From a virus (Duplodnaviria; Caudoviricetes): 64,000 nt of DNA. Below the pieces are notes generated by a model. That model was given only the letters and a program-made list of their open reading frames with translations, searched no databases and had not been told where the DNA came from. The translations under genes and the position numbers were made by a program. This document shows positions 28,799 through 38,391 of this stretch, one piece after another; within the stretch, counting starts at the first letter, position 1; the number at the start of each line of letters is the position of its first letter. The stretch is taken from IMG/VR virus record IMGVR_UViG_2974782369_000001, positions 32,001-96,000 of that record; one strand, 5' to 3'.

Positions 28799-29041
28799 TC
28801 ATTCATCGTCATCTTCATCATCATAGGTCTCATCCCAAAAAGATGCAACGTCTGGTCTAATATAGATTAGATCGTCGTGAAGAATGTTACCATCCTCATC
28901 TAGCATTTCTGGATGTGTGACTGACTTAGCGTATGCTGCGTTTTCGATAAAGTCTTCGACATAACCTTTTGCCAACCAAGAAACTGTAATTCCCAAGATG
29001 AAAGCGCCGATTGCGACTAAGACTGTTAATGCAACTAACAT
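28799..29041 (-). CDS. small membrane protein
   Basis: N-terminal TM, HPEMLDEDG. Confidence 0.7.
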   Translation of the reverse strand: MLVALTVLVAIGAFILGITVSWLAKGYVEDFIENAAYAKSVTHPEMLDEDGNILHDDLIYIRPDVASFWDETYDDEDDDE

Positions 29042-29119
29042 GGTTTCCCCCTTTTACTACTTGATTATAATTACGGAAACCAACCTCCCTATATGTGACT
29101 TAAAAATATTTATAAACCC

Positions 29120-29356
29120 TCACAGATGGTTATTTTCTCTAAGGTATTGCACAGTTTTTTGGCATCCACCCAGTTTATTAGAATCCAAAAGGACTTGGGG
29201 AAAAGTTGCACCATAAGAAAACTTTTCATAAAACTCTTCTTTAGTAAAGTCACGATCAAGAAGATACTCTTTGTATTCGTAATTTTTTCCATCTAGCACT
29301 TGCTTAATTTGAGTGCAGTATGGACATCCAGTGCGACTGTAAACTTCAAATTTCAT
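29120..29356 (-). CDS. nrdC: glutaredoxin
   Basis: CPYC, TFPQV, GGC. Confidence 0.9.
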   Translation of the reverse strand: MKFEVYSRTGCPYCTQIKQVLDGKNYEYKEYLLDRDFTKEEFYEKFSYGATFPQVLLDSNKLGGCQKTVQYLRENNHL

Positions 29357-29369
29357 AATTCCTCCGAAG

Positions 29370-29394
29370 AAAAAAGGGACTCCGAAGAGTCCCA
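29370..29394 (-). terminator. rho-independent terminator
   Basis: GGGACTC-TTCG-GAGTCCC followed by a T tract. Confidence 0.8.
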
Positions 29395-29454
29395 ATTGGG
29401 TGTTCCGACTTTTGTAGAGTGACCGCACGAAAGGTCACTCAGTTATTTATCGGA

Positions 29455-29826
29455 TCAGAAGCTGAATTTCAGACCAGCCTTGGTGCCGTAGCTACGGTCA
29501 ACACCAGCAACGCCACTGCCAACGAAGGAGACTTCGCCGTAAGCAGACAGTTGATCGGTCAGACCAGCAGACAGACCTGCCTTGCCCGAAGGAACGGTAT
29601 CAGAAGCGCCGCCGTCAGGAGCGACGATAGTAGCACCACCTTGGACATACCAAGCAGCGGATTCACCCAGAGCACCTTCGTAACCCACATGGGTGTCAAT
29701 GTTGGTGCCAGAGTAGTTGCTACCAGTGAAACCGCTGTTTGCCTCTACGTTAACGTAGGGACCTGCCATTGCAGCGCCAGCGAAAAGGGGAGCAGCAGCC
29801 AGAGCTGCGAATGCGGATTTGATCAT
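29455..29826 (-). CDS. small outer-membrane beta-barrel-like protein
   Basis: Signal peptide, alternating beta strands, C-terminal Phe (GLKFSF). Confidence 0.75.
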   Translation of the reverse strand: MIKSAFAALAAAPLFAGAAMAGPYVNVEANSGFTGSNYSGTNIDTHVGYEGALGESAAWYVQGGATIVAPDGGASDTVPSGKAGLSAGLTDQLSAYGEVSFVGSGVAGVDRSYGTKAGLKFSF

Positions 29827-29906
29827 TTTTGTTTAACCTCGTTAATTTACTTGTGGAATGGTTACCCACAGATGAAAGCAGACTCGACTCGTCTGCGTTG
29901 GAAATA

Positions 29907-29935
29907 ATTATAGCACCCTTGGGGTGCAGTGTCAA
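29907..29935 (-). promoter_or_regulatory. sigma70-type promoter
   Basis: TTGACA-17-TATAAT with extended TG. Confidence 0.85.
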
Positions 29936-29990
29936 CAGATTGGCGCGAGTAGTTGAGGCACCATCCTCTGTTGTAAATCTTTACAAAATT

Positions 29991-29998
29991 TATTTATA
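29991..29998 (-). promoter_or_regulatory. T4-type late promoter
   Basis: TATAAATA, intergenic. Confidence 0.6.
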
Positions 29999-30001
29999 AC
30001 A

Positions 30002-30181
30002 TTAACAACCTTCGGTTTTGTAGAGTTTTCTGCATTTTTTTAATTCCTTCAACTCTGCTTTAATTAGTTGATACGATTCCTCTGGAGTAATTGATCTCCT
30101 CATTTCCATAGCAATGATAACATCAACTCTAGTGCCAAAGTGCTTAAGTGCTGTCTCAAAACAATCTAATTCTTCATACAT
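30002..30181 (-). CDS. small hypothetical protein
   Basis: 59 aa MYEELDCFETALKHFGTRV..., TAATG coupling. Confidence 0.65.
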   Translation of the reverse strand: MYEELDCFETALKHFGTRVDVIIAMEMRRSITPEESYQLIKAELKELKKCRKLYKTEGC

Positions 30182-30477
30182 TAGTCTTCCTCATAGCGTT
30201 GCCGAGCTCTTTCCATAAGTTTTTCTGCCTGAGTGCCATCTAGTTTTCCAGACTCATACTTATCGTATAAGATCTTCATTTCGGCAACATACTTACGATG
30301 CTTAAGCATCTTTCTAGCACTTCTAAGTTTAGAATCAGTATATTCTTGAGAAGAAATCAGAGTTGGCATCCGATCTGGGACTAAAGACTGATATGTAATT
30401 ACATCATCTTTGTCAAAGATTTCTTTTAATTCCTCAGGAAGATCATCCCAATCAAACGATTTGCTCGACGTATTCAT
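30181..30477 (-). CDS. hypothetical protein
   Basis: 98 aa ORF. Confidence 0.6.
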   Translation of the reverse strand: MNTSSKSFDWDDLPEELKEIFDKDDVITYQSLVPDRMPTLISSQEYTDSKLRSARKMLKHRKYVAEMKILYDKYESGKLDGTQAEKLMERARQRYEED

Positions 30478-32629
30478 AACCTGTTGCTAGTCTTGTATGC
30501 CAAAATAGATTACCACTACCAGAGTTATTTAATACTCTAGACGAGGATATTATATCACCATTTGAATTGGTTAGCAACCATGCTCCACCTGCAGGATTAT
30601 TTGCCCAAGTATCTGGTGTCAATCCTCCATGTGCAACATTAACAGCATCCATCCTCAATTTATATACTCCAGGTGCAGCAGTAAAACTATAACTACCAGT
30701 AGAAGTAAACGAGGAATGAGTTGCAACCTGCACAGAATTCCAATATAAGGTCATCTGATTATCACATGCATATTGTAATGTATAGGTATCATTTTCACTG
30801 ATTGTCACTACATGGGTAATCGTCTGTGTGGTCCCCACCAAAGGATTATCAAACTCAGGCCAAATAGCATAGTCATTCATGAAAGTATTCCATGCTGAGA
30901 TACCTGTGATTGGCACCCAATCCAAAGCATTTGCTGCCACGCATGGACCACCTCTACAAATCTTAAGGTACCATCCCCCAGGATTATATCTCCAGTCAGC
31001 AGCAGTTGGATTTAGATTTGCCTCTAAAATCCCATTCCTAACACCTTGAGCGCATGAAGGATAGAATACACCTTGCACCAGAGGAGCAGTATTCTCCCCT
31101 AGATTCCAACCAACGAGAATAGAATTTGTTTTTGTGCTTGCCCAAATAGTTGGATCGATTGGATCATCAGTTACTGATCCACCAGCAGCAACATAATAGT
31201 CAACGTGTGTTTGCATACCAGATGGCTCTGGTGGTCTACCACTACTGGAATATTGTCCAGGAGTTGATTCAGTCCTACCAAACCTACCACTCAAGTATTC
31301 ATCAGCAATTGCTCTTGCAATAGGAGTAAAATAATTAAACGGTGTATTCTCACGATACCCAAAATCTCCTCTCTCTTCTGTGCCATCGACTCTAACCAAT
31401 AAAACATTTGCCACAGATCTCATATTGTCATCTGAAGAAACAAACTGACTGTTTCTATTTGTGCATTGGACAATGATCTTATGAATACCTTGAGTAACTG
31501 TTGCACTTGCTACCCAAGGATCTCTATATCTACCACCACTCGAAATGCCATCATTGATATCAAGAAGTGGAGTTGGATCATCATCAATAAAAAATCTACC
31601 TGAGTCATCAGCACCAAACTCAAAGTAATAGGTATCGGTGGCAGGGAATGTAATGGTGTATGTTACCTCTTGAGGAATGCATGGTAGTGTACATAACTCA
31701 GGATTTGTCCAAACCCCATAGTTGGTGCCATTTTCATTCCAAAGGTTTGTGCCTGATGCTGATCCACTTGAATAGTTTGAGATCCAGAATGTAGCGTTAC
31801 AATCAGATCCATCACCATCCTTTAAACACATTGTTGTGTTAGCAGCCTGTAGCAGAATAGGTGTGTTGGCAGCATTTAAATTACTAAAGGTAACTGGATA
31901 AGTTGTATCTGCAATAACGCTTATTGTTTTAGTTTCCCTTCCAGATTCTCCACTTCTAGTCCAAATTGTGCCATTGATAGATACAGAATCAAGAGCAACA
32001 CCAGCATTACTTGTATCATCATCCCACTCCAATGTAAATTCAACATTGCCGCCAGCACCACCAACAATCAACTGAGATCCATCATCACTAAAAGCAACTG
32101 TCATGGTATCAGTCTCTTCAGAGAAAGCATCTACAGGATAGGTAACTGGAGATGATCTTTCTACAGCATATTTTTTTATGTTTACTCCAGATCCATCTGT
32201 GAAAATTGTTGGTCTGATATTAATATCTGGTCTATATGGGACACATGAATCTGGTCCAAGTCTAGGGACAAAAAACTCATCATCAATACCAAATCCCGCT
32301 TGAGACTCTTCCTCCCAATTAAAACACACACCACTATTATTAATACATGTAGTGCCATTAAAATCACTGATGTCATCTACTGTAGTGACTGATCTGCAAT
32401 CGTAGTATTCAATACTACCATCTGGAAGTGTCCTCTGCTTACACTCTGTCCTTAAAACGGATGGCACTTCTGCAGGAAAATTTCTATCTCTTCCATCTGT
32501 AGGATCAATAGTAACAAATGGATCATCTAGAACAGCAACCTGCTCCACAGGAGGTCCTGCCTCTGCTCTAGCGGACGACCCAGGATCACAAAGAGGTCCA
32601 AAATATCCTTCTGGTTGATAAAATGCCAT
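30452..32629 (-). CDS. virion structural protein with PA14-like domains
   Basis: 725 aa, GADDSG..FID and ACDN beta-rich repeats, NPGG/NPAG motifs. Confidence 0.65.
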   Translation of the reverse strand: MAFYQPEGYFGPLCDPGSSARAEAGPPVEQVAVLDDPFVTIDPTDGRDRNFPAEVPSVLRTECKQRTLPDGSIEYYDCRSVTTVDDISDFNGTTCINNSGVCFNWEEESQAGFGIDDEFFVPRLGPDSCVPYRPDINIRPTIFTDGSGVNIKKYAVERSSPVTYPVDAFSEETDTMTVAFSDDGSQLIVGGAGGNVEFTLEWDDDTSNAGVALDSVSINGTIWTRSGESGRETKTISVIADTTYPVTFSNLNAANTPILLQAANTTMCLKDGDGSDCNATFWISNYSSGSASGTNLWNENGTNYGVWTNPELCTLPCIPQEVTYTITFPATDTYYFEFGADDSGRFFIDDDPTPLLDINDGISSGGRYRDPWVASATVTQGIHKIIVQCTNRNSQFVSSDDNMRSVANVLLVRVDGTEERGDFGYRENTPFNYFTPIARAIADEYLSGRFGRTESTPGQYSSSGRPPEPSGMQTHVDYYVAAGGSVTDDPIDPTIWASTKTNSILVGWNLGENTAPLVQGVFYPSCAQGVRNGILEANLNPTAADWRYNPGGWYLKICRGGPCVAANALDWVPITGISAWNTFMNDYAIWPEFDNPLVGTTQTITHVVTISENDTYTLQYACDNQMTLYWNSVQVATHSSFTSTGSYSFTAAPGVYKLRMDAVNVAHGGLTPDTWANNPAGGAWLLTNSNGDIISSSRVLNNSGSGNLFWHTRLATGYEYVEQIV

Positions 32630-32631
32630 TA

Positions 32632-32655
32632 AAAAAGAGGGGTCCTAACCCCTCT
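32632..32655 (-). terminator. rho-independent terminator
   Basis: AGAGGGG/CCCCTCT hairpin plus T tract; AATAAATA late-like box adjacent. Confidence 0.7.
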
Positions 32656-32663
32656 ATTTATTT

Positions 32664-33272
32664 TTAAACTGTAAGAGCAGTGAGAGATGTCTGATCTCCA
32701 AAGTCACCACTAGCAAATACATTAAATGCTAGAGATATTCTTTCACTATTTCCTTCGACTGGAGCAACATAATGTCTAAGATGAGATGGAAATAATAGCA
32801 AATCACCTGTCTTAACAGGTAACCACCAATTCATAGAGTTATATAAGTTTGGTTTTACTGGGGGAATAGCAATATCTCTAGAAGATAAAACTTCATTATT
32901 GAAATATATTCTATCCATATTACCAGCACTAAAGTAAAAGACACCAGAAATAATACTATTCATGTGTTTGTGTTTGTGATGAGATCCCCCAGGTGAAGTG
33001 TAGTTTAACCAAGACTGAGTAATTTTAAATAAAACTGAGTCATTGGGACAAATAATATTTTCAGAATACTGTCTTACTGCATCATCTATAAATTGTCGCA
33101 ACTCAGGAAAGGATTTATCTAAAACATAAGTTTCCTTTGTAACCCTATTGCCAGTATTGATATTCACCTGATCCGAATACAACTTAACTGTATCCAGATC
33201 TTTATTTGTAATTCCATCATACCGCAGTTGCACTACAGGTATTGGAAACAAATTGTGAATTACAACATTCAT
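32664..33272 (-). CDS. putative 2OG-Fe(II) oxygenase (TIGR02466-like)
   Basis: SWLN, HKH.NS.ISGVFY, LFPSHL.H, RISLAFN. Confidence 0.85.
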   Translation of the reverse strand: MNVVIHNLFPIPVVQLRYDGITNKDLDTVKLYSDQVNINTGNRVTKETYVLDKSFPELRQFIDDAVRQYSENIICPNDSVLFKITQSWLNYTSPGGSHHKHKHMNSIISGVFYFSAGNMDRIYFNNEVLSSRDIAIPPVKPNLYNSMNWWLPVKTGDLLLFPSHLRHYVAPVEGNSERISLAFNVFASGDFGDQTSLTALTV

Positions 33273-33772
33273 TTTTTAATTCTCATCTTGTATGCAAGAG
33301 TAACACGAAGTCCCGTAAACAATTTACTAATCGGCATTGCAAAGTGTGGGATAGTGCCCTTAAAATATATACCGCTATAGGGGAATGGATATACCATCTG
33401 AAGGTTACCGTCAATATTAAAACATGTCAGTCCACCATACTCAGGATTCCAATCCTCATTGCAGTAGATTATAAATGTCCTCCCATCTTCATCATCACAA
33501 TCCTGGTGAAAAAGACCATGCTCACCAGATGTGTATCCATTCATGTAGACTCTCTCAAGGATTAGATCATCTCCCGTCATGTCTTTGATTGCTTCAAAAA
33601 CAAACTTTCTATAGAAGGAATCGCTGTTGAGTTTTTGAATCCAAAACTTCATATCCAACCGATCATCTCTATCGTGGTGATCATATTCCCACTGAGGTTT
33701 CTTGATCGTTTCTTGAATATATTTTTGAGCATCTTCTGTTAAAAAGTCTGCGTATGATTTAAGATTGTCCAT
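33269..33772 (-). CDS. 2OG-Fe(II) oxygenase
   Basis: FHQD, W..EYGG, IPH, LRVTLAYK. Confidence 0.82.
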   Translation of the reverse strand: MDNLKSYADFLTEDAQKYIQETIKKPQWEYDHHDRDDRLDMKFWIQKLNSDSFYRKFVFEAIKDMTGDDLILERVYMNGYTSGEHGLFHQDCDDEDGRTFIIYCNEDWNPEYGGLTCFNIDGNLQMVYPFPYSGIYFKGTIPHFAMPISKLFTGLRVTLAYKMRIKK

Positions 33773-33773
33773 T

Positions 33774-33798
33774 AAAAAGAGGGTCGTTTCCGACCCTC
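33774..33798 (-). terminator. rho-independent terminator after psbD
   Basis: GAGGGTCG-GAAA-CGACCCTC plus T tract. Confidence 0.8.
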
Positions 33799-33804
33799 AG
33801 TATA

Positions 33805-34860
33805 TCACAGAGCATTGCCTCTTGGCAACACCTCTTCAGGGAATACAAAGTTTTCGTGTGGTTGGTCTACTGGAGCCATCCAGGCACGGAGTCCTTCATT
33901 GAGGAGGATGTTTTTCGTATAGAAAGTTTCAAACTCTGGATCCTCTGCTGCTCTAACTTCCTGAGACACAAAGTCATAAGCACGAAGATTAAGTGCGAGA
34001 CCGATGATACCAATAGAACTTGTCCAAAGTCCCATGACAGGAACGAAAAGCATAAAGAAGTGAAGCCAACGCTTATTGCTGAAAGCAATACCAAAAATCT
34101 GAGACCAGAATCGGTTAGCAGTGACCATGGAATAAGTTTCCTCTTCCTGAGTCGTATCAAATGCCTTGAAAGTGTTTGCTTGCTCACCATCTTCATACAA
34201 AGTATTCTCTACTGTAACACCATGAATGGCAGAAAGCAATGCTCCGCCTAAGATACCTGCTACACCCATCATGTGAAATGGATTCAACGTCCAGTTGTGG
34301 AATCCTTGGAGGAAGAGGAGGAATCGGAAGATCGCCGCCACCCCGAAAGACGGTGCGAAGAACCACGACGACTGTCCCAGAGGATAGATAAGAAAAACAC
34401 TAACGAATACAGCAATAGGACCTGAGAAAGCAATAGCATTGTATGGTCTGATCCCTACGAGACGTGAGATTTCAAACTGCCGAAGCATAAAACCTATGAG
34501 AGCAAAGGCTCCGTGGAGCGCCACAAAAGCCCAGAGTCCCCCAAGTTGGAGCCAGCGGACGAAATCTCCCTGAGACTCAGGACCCCAAAGTAGAAGAAGA
34601 GAATGACCCATAGCGTCAGCAGGAGTTGACACAGCTGCCGTGAGAAAATTAGCACCCTCAAGATAGGAAGACGCGAGTCCGTGGGTATACCATGACGTAA
34701 CAAACGTCGTGCCAGTAAGCCAGCCACCAATTGCCAGATAAGCAGTGGGAAAAAGTAGTAGTCCAGACCAACCCACAAATACAAAGCGGTCTCGTTTAAG
34801 CCAGTCATCGAGGACATCAAACCACCCCCTTGTTGGTGCTTGTAGTGTACTTGTTGTCAT
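33805..34860 (-). CDS. psbD: photosystem II D2 protein
   Basis: [16 protein letters not shown] ... [10 protein letters not shown]. Confidence 0.99.
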   Translation of the reverse strand: MTTSTLQAPTRGWFDVLDDWLKRDRFVFVGWSGLLLFPTAYLAIGGWLTGTTFVTSWYTHGLASSYLEGANFLTAAVSTPADAMGHSLLLLWGPESQGDFVRWLQLGGLWAFVALHGAFALIGFMLRQFEISRLVGIRPYNAIAFSGPIAVFVSVFLIYPLGQSSWFFAPSFGVAAIFRFLLFLQGFHNWTLNPFHMMGVAGILGGALLSAIHGVTVENTLYEDGEQANTFKAFDTTQEEETYSMVTANRFWSQIFGIAFSNKRWLHFFMLFVPVMGLWTSSIGIIGLALNLRAYDFVSQEVRAAEDPEFETFYTKNILLNEGLRAWMAPVDQPHENFVFPEEVLPRGNAL

Positions 34861-34957
34861 TTGTTTTTTCCTTAGTTTCTTTTTTTAACCAGTATAACTG
34901 AGGCCAAGTATCCATGATAATCTCACGCATTTTAGATGGCGTGTTATCTTGAATCAT
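34817..34957 (-). CDS. small hypothetical protein
   Basis: 46 aa [22 protein letters not shown]..., ATGA-coupled to the upstream ORF; overlaps the psbD start. Confidence 0.55.
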   Translation of the reverse strand: MIQDNTPSKMREIIMDTWPQLYWLKKETKEKTNDNKYTTSTNKGVV

Positions 34958-35136
34958 TTTACCTTATCATAGATTGAAGAGTCACCATAATCTCGGTGAA
35001 GTTTATACCCAACCACAGCACCCTTGGTATTCATCAGTGCTGGCATAAAAACGATAGTGAAGAAAACTGCTGGTGCTCCTACAAACAGGAGAGCAACGAT
35101 CACATAATAAGTAAGCAATTCAACGAGGTCAGGCAT
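34954..35136 (-). CDS. small membrane protein
   Basis: 60 aa with a long hydrophobic segment. Confidence 0.65.
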   Translation of the reverse strand: MPDLVELLTYYVIVALLFVGAPAVFFTIVFMPALMNTKGAVVGYKLHRDYGDSSIYDKVK

Positions 35137-35159
35137 AATAAAACTTTACATTGTTGGTG

Positions 35160-35187
35160 AAAAAGAAAGGGGACCGAAGTCCCCTTA
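35160..35187 (-). terminator. rho-independent terminator after psbA
   Basis: AAGGGGAC-TTCG-GTCCCCTT plus T tract. Confidence 0.8.
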
Positions 35188-35228
35188 GTTGTTTTCTTAA
35201 TAAACGATGTTTATTAGGAATCCGAGTA

Positions 35229-36308
35229 TCAACCGATAGCAGGTGCTTGAAGTGCCACAGGAGTGGACTCAGCAGCAGCAAGGTCAAGAGGGAAGTTGTG
35301 AGCGTTACGCTCGTGCATGACTTCCATACCCAGACCAGCACGGTTGAGGACATCTGCCCAAGTGTTGAGCACACGACCCTGACCATCGATGATGGACTGG
35401 TTGAAGTTGAAACCATTCAGGTTGAATGCCATGGTGCTAACGCCCAGTGCAGTAAACCAGATACCGACAACAGGCCAAGCAGCAAGGAAGAAGTGTAGCG
35501 AACGAGAGTTGTTGAACGAAGCATACTGGAAGATCAGACGACCGAAATAACCATGAGCAGCAACGATGTTATAAGTCTCTTCTTCTTGACCAAACTTGTA
35601 ACCATAGTTTTGGGACTCGTTTTCGGTAGTCTCACGGACCAGCGAAGAGGTAACCAGACTACCATGCATTGCCGAGAAGAGAGATCCACCGAAGACACCA
35701 GCCACACCAAGCATATGGAAGGGGTGCATCAGGATGTTGTGCTCTGCTTGGAAAACAAGCATGTAGTTGAAGGTGCCGCTGATACCCAGAGGCATTGCAT
35801 CGGAGAAAGAACCTTGACCGAAAGGATAGACCAGGAAGACGGCGCTAGCAGCAGCAACAGGTGCGCTGTAAGCAACACAGATCCAAGGACGCATACCAAG
35901 ACGGTAAGACAATTCCCACTCACGACCCATATAAGCATAGATGCCAATCAGGAAGTGGAAGATAACAAGTTGGAAAGGACCACCATTGTAGAGCCACTCG
36001 TCGAGAGACGCTGCTTCCCAAATAGGATAGAAGTGAAGTCCGATTGCGTTAGAAGAGGGGACAACAGCACCAGAGATGATGTTGTTACCATACATGAGCG
36101 AGCCAGCAACGGGTTCGCGGATGCCGTCGATGTCCACAGGGGGAGCACCGATGAAGGCGATGATGAAACAAGTGGTTGCTGCCAGCAGGCAGGGGATCAT
36201 CAGGACGCCAAACCAACCGACATAAAGACGGTTATCGGTTGAGGTAACCCAGTTGCAGAATTGCTCCCAGGCATTAGTAGAACGTTGTTGTGAAAGAGTT
36301 GCAGTCAT
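35229..36308 (-). CDS. psbA: photosystem II D1 protein
   Basis: [17 protein letters not shown]; YMGREWE (Glu130 form); no intron. Confidence 0.99.
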   Translation of the reverse strand: MTATLSQQRSTNAWEQFCNWVTSTDNRLYVGWFGVLMIPCLLAATTCFIIAFIGAPPVDIDGIREPVAGSLMYGNNIISGAVVPSSNAIGLHFYPIWEAASLDEWLYNGGPFQLVIFHFLIGIYAYMGREWELSYRLGMRPWICVAYSAPVAAASAVFLVYPFGQGSFSDAMPLGISGTFNYMLVFQAEHNILMHPFHMLGVAGVFGGSLFSAMHGSLVTSSLVRETTENESQNYGYKFGQEEETYNIVAAHGYFGRLIFQYASFNNSRSLHFFLAAWPVVGIWFTALGVSTMAFNLNGFNFNQSIIDGQGRVLNTWADVLNRAGLGMEVMHERNAHNFPLDLAAAESTPVALQAPAIG

Positions 36309-36314
36309 TGTAAT

Positions 36315-36431
36315 TAAACAGGTAGTAAGACCATCAGGGAAATGGTGGAGTTACTATGCTCCCCGCACCCTCAGCGGGGATATGAGAGACGGATTGGTAA
36401 CCCTGCCTAGTCTCGGTCAAGCGGCAGGGGC
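36315..36431 (-). ncRNA. PhotoRC-II-like structured psbA leader RNA
   Basis: CCCTGCC/GGCAGGG, TCCCCGC/GCGGGGA and ACCAT/ATGGT stems; GAGAC/GTCTC and GAGGG/CCCT pseudoknot pairings; directly 5' of psbA. Confidence 0.8.
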
Positions 36432-36473
36432 GGTAACAAAACTCAAAGGTCCGTTACATTTGTTTACCTATTT

Positions 36474-36502
36474 ATCATAATACGGATTTCCGTATTTGTC
36501 AA
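36474..36502 (-). promoter_or_regulatory. psbA promoter (sigma70-type, overlapping late-like GATAAATA)
   Basis: TTGACA-17-TATGAT. Confidence 0.75.
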
Positions 36503-36936
36503 TGGAATTGTCGGATACCTGTGCCAGATGTCCAACCGCCTGGTCCTTCGTGGAAGTTTTCCGATCCGCCAGGAGGATCCAACTGAAGAGTAGTAGCACT
36601 GCCTTTGGTGGCAATCTCATACATCTTCTGATGAATGTCCGATGATTCTACCACATGGTCACTCTCATCGGCAAGGATTTGATTGTCTGCAATCGCTTGC
36701 TCGTGTGCTTCTTTGACTGTCAGTTGCTTCTCGGAAAACACAGGAGCAGGAAACCAGGGATCTTCAGGAAGATAATCGGGAGCGGGCACACCAGTATATG
36801 CCTCTCTTTCCCTCACTTCTTCTTCAATCCACTCTTCATAGTTAGTGGTATCTTCATCTACAGTTGGAGATTTTGTAACTTCAATTGTAGTGAAGGATGC
36901 AATGGTTTCCTTTAGTTTGCGAATGATCATGACCAT
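36499..36936 (-). CDS. acidic hypothetical protein
   Basis: 145 aa ORF. Confidence 0.6.
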   Translation of the reverse strand: MVMIIRKLKETIASFTTIEVTKSPTVDEDTTNYEEWIEEEVREREAYTGVPAPDYLPEDPWFPAPVFSEKQLTVKEAHEQAIADNQILADESDHVVESSDIHQKMYEIATKGSATTLQLDPPGGSENFHEGPGGWTSGTGIRQFH

Positions 36937-37538
36937 ACAAGTTTCTTAGTGTAATCGTAAGCATACTTTTCACGATGACCTTTAATGCCCCAACCCAACC
37001 AGTAATATGCTCCAACCATATACTGTGTTACAGTCTGACCAGGACCTTCAAATTCGGGAAGGTATTTCTGGAAGGTATACTCGTTAATCATGTATGCGGT
37101 TTGTCCCTCAAGACTAGAGGGGTCGTATCCATACTTCTTAGCGAAACGTCCTAACCCCAGATAACGGTTCGTAGAGGTCCACTGAATGAGTCCGTAACCA
37201 CCGCGAAGGCAACGATCGTAAGGAACTCTAGCACCTCCCTCGCAAATGTTGGGATGGAAGTTGCTCTCCGATTTAATGTTTCCCATGATCGTTGCAAGGG
37301 CATTGCGATCGGAGATTTTTGTTTTCTTTTGGAGTTGCTCAAGGACATATTTCTCGTTAGTGTTACATCCAGGGCACTTCCAGGACTTTTCTACCACTTG
37401 AATCGGCACTGCCTTTTCTTTGTTAACTGTCACATCAACTTCAGGAGGATTTTTGATTTCGCTGATACTTGGATAGGCACAAGCAGCAAGCGGAATCATT
37501 GTTGCCGTAGCAAGAGGAAGAATTTTGTTAAAAAGCAT
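36927..37538 (-). CDS. phage tail-type lysozyme with lipoprotein-like signal
   Basis: IMGNIKSES, GYGLIQWT, LEGQ motifs; LAAC lipobox. Confidence 0.75.
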   Translation of the reverse strand: MLFNKILPLATATMIPLAACAYPSISEIKNPPEVDVTVNKEKAVPIQVVEKSWKCPGCNTNEKYVLEQLQKKTKISDRNALATIMGNIKSESNFHPNICEGGARVPYDRCLRGGYGLIQWTSTNRYLGLGRFAKKYGYDPSSLEGQTAYMINEYTFQKYLPEFEGPGQTVTQYMVGAYYWLGWGIKGHREKYAYDYTKKLVWS

Positions 37539-37602
37539 TAGAATAATAGAACTCAGCATTCACTGCCACGAGAAATGATTCGATAAGTGACTCAGAGTAT
37601 GT

Positions 37603-37631
37603 ATAATAGCAAAAAAATAGAGGGGTGTCAA
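37603..37631 (-). promoter_or_regulatory. sigma70-type promoter
   Basis: TTGACA-17-TATTAT with extended TG. Confidence 0.7.
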
Positions 37632-37958
37632 CTGGATTGTGCCAGTTACCCCTCCGTCTGCGCCGACGATATTCAATTGTATTTAGTCACGATGTATCAT
37701 GACAGCATTGGTGCAAGGACTGCCCAACTAAAAAGAGAAGATACTGATCCAAAGAGTAAGGTTGTCGTAGTAAAAGACATATTTACTAAAGGCAAACTTC
37801 ATAATTATGTATGTATCATAGTGATACAAAACATGTATCTATTTTTACTCTTCCCCAGATTGTGTTAGCATTGCAGCACCAAAGAAAGTGCCAAAAAGAA
37901 TTACTGCCGTTGCAAAAAGTGCCATCGGACTATCTATAGAAGAGTAGGTATTTATTCC

Positions 37959-38108
37959 TTACTCTGTATCTTTTTTTACTTTTATGATGATTTGATCATT
38001 TTCAAAGTCTGCTTTAAATTCCAGAGGTTTATCTGCTGGCCAACATAACTCTTCGTAAAGCATGTTGAGAGTTTCCATATCTTGATAGAGATCGGTTACG
38101 TCAGACAT
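37959..38108 (-). CDS. small hypothetical protein
   Basis: MSDVTDLYQDMETLNMLYEELCW... Confidence 0.6.
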   Translation of the reverse strand: MSDVTDLYQDMETLNMLYEELCWPADKPLEFKADFENDQIIIKVKKDTE

Positions 38109-38391
38109 ATTGATCAAACAGTTTACGGATAGATTGTGTGATTTGCATCCCACCTGTATATTTACCTAACATAGTGCCCTCAGAGTCGGTAACAACCAAT
38201 ACAGGAGTGGCAGTTACCCCATACTTTTTAGCAATAGCAAGGTTTTCTTCGGGGATGGGGATGTCACTGAAGTCTTCTAGTTGAATTTCTTCGATGACTT
38301 CAGTGCGATCATCCTTAAGTGCTTTCATGTATTTTTTAACTAGACCACAAGGACCGCACGAATCCTTGGTAAACATCAAGAAACGATTCAC
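38101..38391 (-). CDS. thioredoxin/glutaredoxin-like protein
   Basis: CGPC motif, YGV.ATP. Confidence 0.85.
   Translation of the reverse strand: MNRFLMFTKDSCGPCGLVKKYMKALKDDRTEVIEEIQLEDFSDIPIPEENLAIAKKYGVTATPVLVVTDSEGTMLGKYTGGMQITQSIRKLFDQYV

Noticed and set aside
29971-29986. Palindrome as an NtcA box
   Set aside because: Spacing is GTA-N6-TAC, not N8
35553-36242. 229-aa ORF antisense to psbA
   Set aside because: Shadow of a strongly codon-biased gene
37587-37868. 93-aa plus-strand ORF
   Set aside because: Opposes the local strand and overlaps a promoter and two better minus-strand micro-ORFs
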